Shown: positions 58,396 to 64,000 of the stretch, piece by piece
Numbering within the stretch: position 1 is the stretch's first letter
Layout: each line of letters begins with the position of its first letter
Source: an uncultured Gemmatimonadales bacterium
GTDB taxonomy: Bacteria; Gemmatimonadota; Gemmatimonadetes; Gemmatimonadales; Gemmatimonadaceae
Assembly (NCBI GenBank): GCA_963793305.1
Contig: CAWBZV010000004.1
Span: 64,001 to 128,000, forward strand
Direction of reading: 5' to 3'
Length of the DNA stretch: 64,000 bases
The notes under the pieces: generated by a model
Database searches by the model: none
What the model was told of the DNA's origin: nothing
Seen by the model: the letters and a program-made list of their open reading frames with translations, nothing else
Made by a program: the position numbers and the translations under genes

Positions 58396-59429
58396 CCGTT
58401 CGCCAGCGCGAGATCGACGCCGGAGAGCCGCTGCGTGAGCGTCCAGTCATCGGCCCGCACGCCGTCGCGCGCCGCCAGTGCATGCGTCGCGATCAGCCGC
58501 ACGAGCGCCGGATAATCGAGACCGGCTGCCAGCGCCATCCTCGAAAGACCGGCACCCGGACTGGCGTCGGGGTTGGCATTCACCTCCAACACCCACGGAC
58601 GCCCGTGCCGGTCTATGCGCATGTCGACCCGGCCGTATCCTGCGCCACCCACGGCGCGCCACGCGGCGAGGGCAATCGACCCGATCTCGGCCGTCAACGC
58701 GTCCCCGAGATCGGCCGGGCATCGCGGCGCGGCGCCCAAGTCCTCGTCCGACCCGGTGACCCACTTGGACCGATAGGAGACGATACGCCACAGACCGCGC
58801 GGCATCGACGTGAAATCGACCTCGGCGATCGGCAGTACCTGGTTGCCGACGATGCCGACGTTCACCTCGCGGCCGTCGATGTAGCGCTGTACGAGCACCT
58901 CGTCCCAACACTCGTGCATTGCATCGACCCGTTCGGCCAGCGCGCGCGCCGTGCGAACCACCGACCGCTGCTCGACGCCAAGCGACGCGTCCTCGGCCGC
59001 CGGTTTGCAAATCGCCGGAAAGCCAACGGCCGGCAGACCCGTGCCGCCATCGCGACGGACGATCGCCCACCGGGGGACCGGCAGCCCCGCACGGTCGAGC
59101 ATCGTGTTCACGAGATGCTTGCGGAGGCAGAGGGTCGTGGTGGCCGAGGAACTGCCGGTGTATGGGAGCCCCATGAGCTCCAGCGCCGCGATCACCGCCG
59201 GCTCGAGCGCGGCGACGCCGTCGACGCCCTCGCACAGATTGAACGCGAGATCGAACTTCGCCTTGCGGACACGCTCCATCCATCGCGCATCCGGGTTGAC
59301 CGGAATCCGCACGGCCTCGTGGCCGTCCTCGGCGAACACCTGCTCCACCGCCTCGACCGCCTCGAGGATCAGCATGTCGGGCGTTTTGCCGAGCGCCGAG
59401 GCGCCGTCGAAGAGGATCGCGACTTTCAT
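58392..59429 (-). CDS. Ddl-like ATP-grasp ligase B
   Basis: FNLCEG, PYTGS, CKPAAEDASLGV, QRYIDGRE, SYRSKW, YGRVDMR, VLEVNANPD. Confidence 0.9.
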   Translation of the reverse strand: MKVAILFDGASALGKTPDMLILEAVEAVEQVFAEDGHEAVRIPVNPDARWMERVRKAKFDLAFNLCEGVDGVAALEPAVIAALELMGLPYTGSSSATTTLCLRKHLVNTMLDRAGLPVPRWAIVRRDGGTGLPAVGFPAICKPAAEDASLGVEQRSVVRTARALAERVDAMHECWDEVLVQRYIDGREVNVGIVGNQVLPIAEVDFTSMPRGLWRIVSYRSKWVTGSDEDLGAAPRCPADLGDALTAEIGSIALAAWRAVGGAGYGRVDMRIDRHGRPWVLEVNANPDASPGAGLSRMALAAGLDYPALVRLIATHALAARDGVRADDWTLTQRLSGVDLALANG

Positions 59430-60550
59430 GCGGCCCCCCGCGCGGCAAATCGCACGGCGCTCCGGAGCGGGATACCCTGACGCTGCGCCGCCAGCATCGA
59501 ACAGGTCTGAATCAGCTCGTCGTACGACATACCCGCGGCCCGCGCGGCTTTCGGGAAGCAGGAATTATCTGCCGGGTCTGGAAGAATGCCCGGGAGCGGA
59601 TTGATCTCAACGACGCACGGGACGCCATCGGCGTCGAGCCGGACGTCGACGCGCGACCAGTCGCGGCAGCCGAGGACGCGGTATGCGGCCAGCGTGACGC
59701 GCTCGATCTCGAAGCGGAGCTGGTCGTCGATCGGCGCCGGGCAGGCAAAGATGTCGAGCGGATGGTCGGGGCGATCCCAGAGCCACTTGGCTTCGAACCC
59801 GTAGATCGGGAGCGCACCAGCCGGCAGCGCGCTGAAGTCGATGCCGACGATCGGCAGCACCTGAGCATTGCCGCCGTTGCCGAGCACCGCGCAGGTGAAC
59901 TCATCGCCGGGCAGATACTCCTCGACGAGTACGGGCTGCGTGTACTTGTCGAGCAGGAACCTGACCTGAGCGTCGAGCTCCGCCGGAGTCCGGCAGAGGT
60001 TTCGCTCAGTGATCCCCTTTGACGATCCCTCGTGCAGCGGCTTCGCGAACAGCGGGAAGCGGAGGCGGCGAAGACGCGTGAGACCGCCCGACAGGTCGTC
60101 GCCGTGGTTGACGACCTGGAACGCCGCGGTCGGGATGCCGTGGTACGACAGGACCTCCTTGGTCCGCGCCTTATCCAGGCAGAGGGCCAAGGTGAACGGG
60201 TCGCTGCCCGAGTAGGGAATTCCATAGAACTCGCAAATCGCCGGCACCAGCGCCTCGCGATTCGCCCCACCCAGTCCTTCGACCATGTTGAACACGATGT
60301 CGGGGCGCGTCTCGCGCAGCCGCTCCGGGAAATCCATCGTGGCCTCCAGTCGGACTACCTCGCCGAGCGCCGAGAGGGCGTGCTCGACGGCATCGATCGT
60401 CTGCTCGTCGTCCCACTCCGCGAACTCATCGTCGGGTTCGCCCAGACTGGGAGGTTCCTCGGCCCGCGGGTCTCCTTCGTCCTCACCCGCTGGTACGAGC
60501 ATCGCTTCGGCGTCAGGCTTTTGATTGTACGTGAATCCGATTCGCGTCAT
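59426..60550 (-). CDS. Ddl-like ATP-grasp ligase A
   Basis: FNMVEG, PYSGS, KPLHEGSSKGI, EEYLPGDEF, YGFEAKW, SRVDVR, VEINPLPG. AAGGA RBS and ATG at 60550. Confidence 0.9.
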   Translation of the reverse strand: MTRIGFTYNQKPDAEAMLVPAGEDEGDPRAEEPPSLGEPDDEFAEWDDEQTIDAVEHALSALGEVVRLEATMDFPERLRETRPDIVFNMVEGLGGANREALVPAICEFYGIPYSGSDPFTLALCLDKARTKEVLSYHGIPTAAFQVVNHGDDLSGGLTRLRRLRFPLFAKPLHEGSSKGITERNLCRTPAELDAQVRFLLDKYTQPVLVEEYLPGDEFTCAVLGNGGNAQVLPIVGIDFSALPAGALPIYGFEAKWLWDRPDHPLDIFACPAPIDDQLRFEIERVTLAAYRVLGCRDWSRVDVRLDADGVPCVVEINPLPGILPDPADNSCFPKAARAAGMSYDELIQTCSMLAAQRQGIPLRSAVRFAARGAA

Positions 60551-60726
60551 CCGGTCCTTGCGTGCGTTGAGCCTCGTGCGACCGACGAGCAAGAGCGATG
60601 CCAGTTACGAATTGGCGGGAGTATACCGGTCGCGAATTTGTAGCGCAATGACCTTTATCACGCGCGCGGCGAAAAAGTTCGCGATGTGCGCGAGAGTCTC
60701 GCGATATGCGAGGCGTCGAGGCTCGG

Positions 60727-61476
60727 TCAGACCTTGTGATAGCCGACGCGCGCGGCTTCGCGACGGTCGCTCGCGTCGTAGATCTCGAAGTCGGAGAAGA
60801 ATCCCGGCGCTTCTTCCCGGAGCAGCTTGAGGACCGCGACGGCCATCCGACGAATTTCCAGATCGGCGCCCTCACCGGCCCGGAGCTCCAGCATCGTCCG
60901 CCAGGCGCGGGCGTTCGCGGTGACCACGATCTTCGTCTCCGTCGAGTTCGGGAGGACGCCACGCGCCGCTTCCCGCGCCATTTTCCGCCGGTGCACGCGC
61001 TCCGGGATCCACGCGTACTGCTCCATGAGCTCCCCGACGAGCTGCACGTACGCGGCCAGCGCCCGATCGATCTCGCCTTTCCAGGTTTTCTCCAGCGCCT
61101 CATCGCCAAGAATTGCCGGAGGGACGACAAACGCGGCGTCCGACTCGTCCACGTACCGCTGGCTGAGTTGGGAATACGCGAATCCCGCTCGGTGGCGCAC
61201 CAGCTCGTGGGTGAGCGAGCGGCTCACGCCTTCCAGGAGCATCGTGTAGTTGGCGTGCTCCAGGACGCTGCCGTGTCCCTGCCTCTTAATGTTCTCGAGG
61301 TAGTCGCGCGTGCTGCGGCCGGCGGGATTCGCCTGACTCATGTAGCACAGCCGGCCGGCAAACTCGGCGAGCCGCTCGCCGTCCGTGCTCGGGCCCAACC
61401 AGTTGACCTCGAGGTGCTCGGGCGCCGAGAAGCTGGGCCGGGCAAGCATCGTCACGATCGGAGCGCGGTAGAGCAC
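60727..61476 (-). CDS. thyX: FAD-dependent thymidylate synthase
   Basis: AGRLCY, HGSVLEH, THELVRHRAGFAYSQLSQRY, EAARGVLPN, ADLEIR. Confidence 0.96.
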   Translation of the reverse strand: MLYRAPIVTMLARPSFSAPEHLEVNWLGPSTDGERLAEFAGRLCYMSQANPAGRSTRDYLENIKRQGHGSVLEHANYTMLLEGVSRSLTHELVRHRAGFAYSQLSQRYVDESDAAFVVPPAILGDEALEKTWKGEIDRALAAYVQLVGELMEQYAWIPERVHRRKMAREAARGVLPNSTETKIVVTANARAWRTMLELRAGEGADLEIRRMAVAVLKLLREEAPGFFSDFEIYDASDRREAARVGYHKV

Positions 61477-61479
61477 GGA

Positions 61480-63009
61480 TCAGGAATTCTCCGCAAGAAG
61501 AGTGAGCCGCGGCGTGGCGTAGGCCCGCTCGCGTTCCACGCGCGCGAGCGCACGCGCCGCGGCCGGGGGCGGCGGCGGGAGCGCGGGGTCGTACTTGATG
61601 TCGCCGAGCGGTTGTTGGCCCGGCAACGGGACCTTCACGCCCGGATTGAGCCGGTGGTCGGGATCGAACCCGCGCTTTACCTCAGCGAAAGCTGCGAGTG
61701 TCTCCCATTGGTGCCAGACTGTGTCCAATAATGGCGTCCGCAGGCGGCCATCGCCGTGCTCGCCCGTCAGCGTTCCGCCGAGTCGGGCGGTGAGCGCCGC
61801 GACGTCGGCGAGCAGCGCGGCGACACGGTCGCGCCAGGATCCGTCGCGGACGTTGATCAGCGGATTGACGTGCACGTGCGCGTCGCCCGCGTGGCCGAAG
61901 ATCACCCCGCGTACGCTCTGATTCGCCAACGCCGTCCGTACGCCCCGCACATAGTCAGCCAGTCGCGCCGGAGGGACGCAGCCGTCTTCGATGAACTGCA
62001 TGGACTTCAAGCCCGGATCCAGCCGATTCAATATGGGGCTGGCCGCGTGTCGCAGCTCCCAGAGTGCGCGCTGCGCCTCCGGCTCGCGCGCAATATCCAC
62101 GCGGGTGGCTTCCGCCAGATCCAGACCGGAACGCGAGGACTCGAACTCGATCAACAACACTGCTTCAGTCCCGGCCGGACATTCGGCTCGGGCGAAATCC
62201 AGGAAAGTCTTGTCGAGCAGCTCACAGGCCGCGGCTCCAGCCTCGCGGGCGACCGTGGCCCCATTGACCGCCGTCTCCAGCGTTGGGAATGCCGCGAACA
62301 TGCTGGTCGTTGTCGTTGGACGGGGGTCGAGGGCCAATTCAATCCCAACGAAGAAAGCGAGCGTCCCTTCGCTCCCGACCAGCAGGTCAATGAGATCGCC
62401 GCCCAAATAATACCCCGACGAATTCTTGCGCACGGCCAGTCGCTCCGTCTCGCTCCATTGGTGCGGCACGCCCCGCTGAATCACCTCACGCCGGCCGTCG
62501 GCGAAAACGCAGTCGAGCGCTGTGACCCACGGGCGCATTGAACCATGACGGAGCGAGTGGGCGCCCGCGGCATTGGTCGCGGTCATCCCGCCGATGGTGC
62601 AAAACGCTCCACTCGATGGATCGACCGGAAAGCGGAGTCCAGCGCCAGCAGCCGCGGCATCGACCCGAGCGCGGATCGCACCTGGGCCAACCATTATGTG
62701 GCCTTGAGCAACAGGGCCGATCGTGTCCAGCCGACCCAGATCGACAATGACACCGTCGCCGACCGCACCGCCGGACATGCTGCTCCCCGAGCCGCGGGGA
62801 ATCAGCAGCGTACCCGTCTCGTGGGACCAACGCGCGAGGGCGACGACGTTGGCCGCGTCAACGGGGACGGCGATCGCGAGCGGCGTCGCGCGGGCGATGC
62901 CAGCCGCCTCGGCGTACACCGCCCGGGCATCCAGATCATCGCGAAACACCCCGCGAAATTCAGAGGGCGGTCGGAGTGGGTGGATCAACGGTATAGTCGT
63001 AGAATCCAC
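61480..63009 (-). CDS. FAD-binding oxidoreductase (GlcD/VAO family); start uncertain
   Basis: PRGSGSS, DPSS..CTIGG..TNAAG, GSEGTL, GHAGDAHVH, GEHGDGR, LNPG. Confidence 0.9.
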   Translation of the reverse strand: MDSTTIPLIHPLRPPSEFRGVFRDDLDARAVYAEAAGIARATPLAIAVPVDAANVVALARWSHETGTLLIPRGSGSSMSGGAVGDGVIVDLGRLDTIGPVAQGHIMVGPGAIRARVDAAAAGAGLRFPVDPSSGAFCTIGGMTATNAAGAHSLRHGSMRPWVTALDCVFADGRREVIQRGVPHQWSETERLAVRKNSSGYYLGGDLIDLLVGSEGTLAFFVGIELALDPRPTTTTSMFAAFPTLETAVNGATVAREAGAAACELLDKTFLDFARAECPAGTEAVLLIEFESSRSGLDLAEATRVDIAREPEAQRALWELRHAASPILNRLDPGLKSMQFIEDGCVPPARLADYVRGVRTALANQSVRGVIFGHAGDAHVHVNPLINVRDGSWRDRVAALLADVAALTARLGGTLTGEHGDGRLRTPLLDTVWHQWETLAAFAEVKRGFDPDHRLNPGVKVPLPGQQPLGDIKYDPALPPPPPAAARALARVERERAYATPRLTLLAENS

Positions 63010-63835
63010 GGCCCGACTTCCGGCCGAACCACCCGGCCAGCACCATGCGCCGCAACAACGGCGGCGGCGCGAACCGTGTCTCGCGATACTCGTCGAACAT
63101 GATCTCGGCGATCCGACACGCCGTATCGATCCCCACGAAATCGAGCAGCGTCAGCGGCCCCATCGGATGCCCGGTACCGAGCCGCATCGCGTTGTCGATG
63201 TCGACCGTGGATCCCACGCCTTGCTCCACGGCTCGCACGGCATCGAGCATATACGGCACGAGCAACCGGTTCACGATAAACCCGGACGCGTCTTTCGCAC
63301 GCACGGGTTCTTTGCCCAGTCTCCGGGCAAAGTTGTCGGCCGCTTCAATCGTCGCGAGACTGGTCCCGATGGTCGGGATGACCTCGACGAGCGGCATCAC
63401 CGGCACCGGATTGAAAAAATGGAGCCCGATGAGGCGATCCGGACGGCCGCTGGCGGCCGACATGGCCGCAATGGTCAGACTCGACGTATTCGAAGCAAAA
63501 ATCGTCTCGGGCTTGGCCAGCCGATTGAGCTCGCGCCACAGATGATTCTTGACCTCGAGGTCCTCGACCACGGCCTCGATGACGATCTTCCCGACGGCCG
63601 CCGCCTGGAGATCGGTCCCGAAGGCCAGACGGGCCAACGCGGCCTGGCAATCGTCGTGGCTCAACTTCCCGCGCTCCACGGCGCGCCCCAGCGACTTCTC
63701 GATCGTCTTGCGGGCCCGGTCGGCCAACTCCGACGAGACTTCGCGCACGTACGTGCCGAATCCCGCGCGAGCGGCCACTTCGGCGATGCCGCTCCCCATG
63801 AGCCCACCGCCTAGGACGCCGACGGAATCGATCAT
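62960..63835 (-). CDS. 3-hydroxyacyl-CoA (3-hydroxybutyryl-CoA) dehydrogenase
   Basis: GGGLMGSGIA, EAVVE..K, SNTSSL, GLHFFNP, GFIVNRLL, HPMGP. Confidence 0.95.
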   Translation of the reverse strand: MIDSVGVLGGGLMGSGIAEVAARAGFGTYVREVSSELADRARKTIEKSLGRAVERGKLSHDDCQAALARLAFGTDLQAAAVGKIVIEAVVEDLEVKNHLWRELNRLAKPETIFASNTSSLTIAAMSAASGRPDRLIGLHFFNPVPVMPLVEVIPTIGTSLATIEAADNFARRLGKEPVRAKDASGFIVNRLLVPYMLDAVRAVEQGVGSTVDIDNAMRLGTGHPMGPLTLLDFVGIDTACRIAEIMFDEYRETRFAPPPLLRRMVLAGWFGRKSGRGFYDYTVDPPTPTAL

Positions 63836-64000
63836 CGGCGGATGTCTCCATGTTCGAGGCGATCGAGCACTTGCTCGAGCGCCAGTTGCGTACGCTCCAC
63901 CGTCTCGCGGTGGCGCCGAGCCAGCGCGTATCCGCCGGCGAGTCCGGCCACGACGGGTACGGCGGCGATGGGAAAGATCGCGAGAACAGCGAAATGGGCA
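63832..64000 (-). CDS. 3' end of a hypothetical membrane protein (partial)
   Basis: Manual translation ..AIFPIAAVPVVAGLAGGYALARRHRETVERTQLALEQVLDRLEHGDIRR*. The stop overlaps the next ATG. Confidence 0.65.
   Translation of the reverse strand, partial: AHFAVLAIFPIAAVPVVAGLAGGYALARRHRETVERTQLALEQVLDRLEHGDIRR

Noticed and set aside
58392..60550. Housekeeping ddl or Van-type glycopeptide resistance ligases
   Set aside because: D-Ala subsite motifs are missing, and there are no mur/fts or vanH/X/R/S neighbours.
1..64000. tRNA, rRNA, prophage, integrase or IS elements
   Set aside because: None recognised by eye; a covariance-model search was not possible.

Overview
A GC-rich, gene-dense chromosomal segment. 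The gene families suggest a Gemmatimonadota-like bacterium (inference only). No rRNA, tRNA, CRISPR array, integrase or transposase was recognised. Housekeeping genes include gyrA, ispH, sucB, lpdA and thyX. The main observations are: (1) a four-gene, translationally coupled operon of two divergent Ddl-like ATP-grasp ligases, a GNAT and a lysine 2,3-aminomutase-type radical SAM enzyme, a candidate beta-amino-acid peptide or modification pathway; (2) a split SOS mutagenesis system, with a radical SAM gene plus an imuA-like gene (absent from the ORF track) at the left edge and a lone dnaE2 25 kb away, both promoters carrying a T(T/A)CGG-N6-TTCGG direct repeat that may be a LexA-type box; (3) four paralogous lipoproteins of a family I do not recognise (LALH[FY]DxL ... 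DS-x5-[AG]W ... C-x14-17-C-x6-[WF]); (4) an N6-methyltransferase plus SNF2 helicase pair with no evident nuclease; (5) a MacB/FtsX ABC system with an apparently split permease fused to an AttH/CrtC-like domain; (6) a HicB-HicA deletion chimera and an Imm27-like fusion; (7) widespread leaderless-type TANNNT-N5-8-start architecture. Six genes carry single-base frameshifts, most likely assembly errors.
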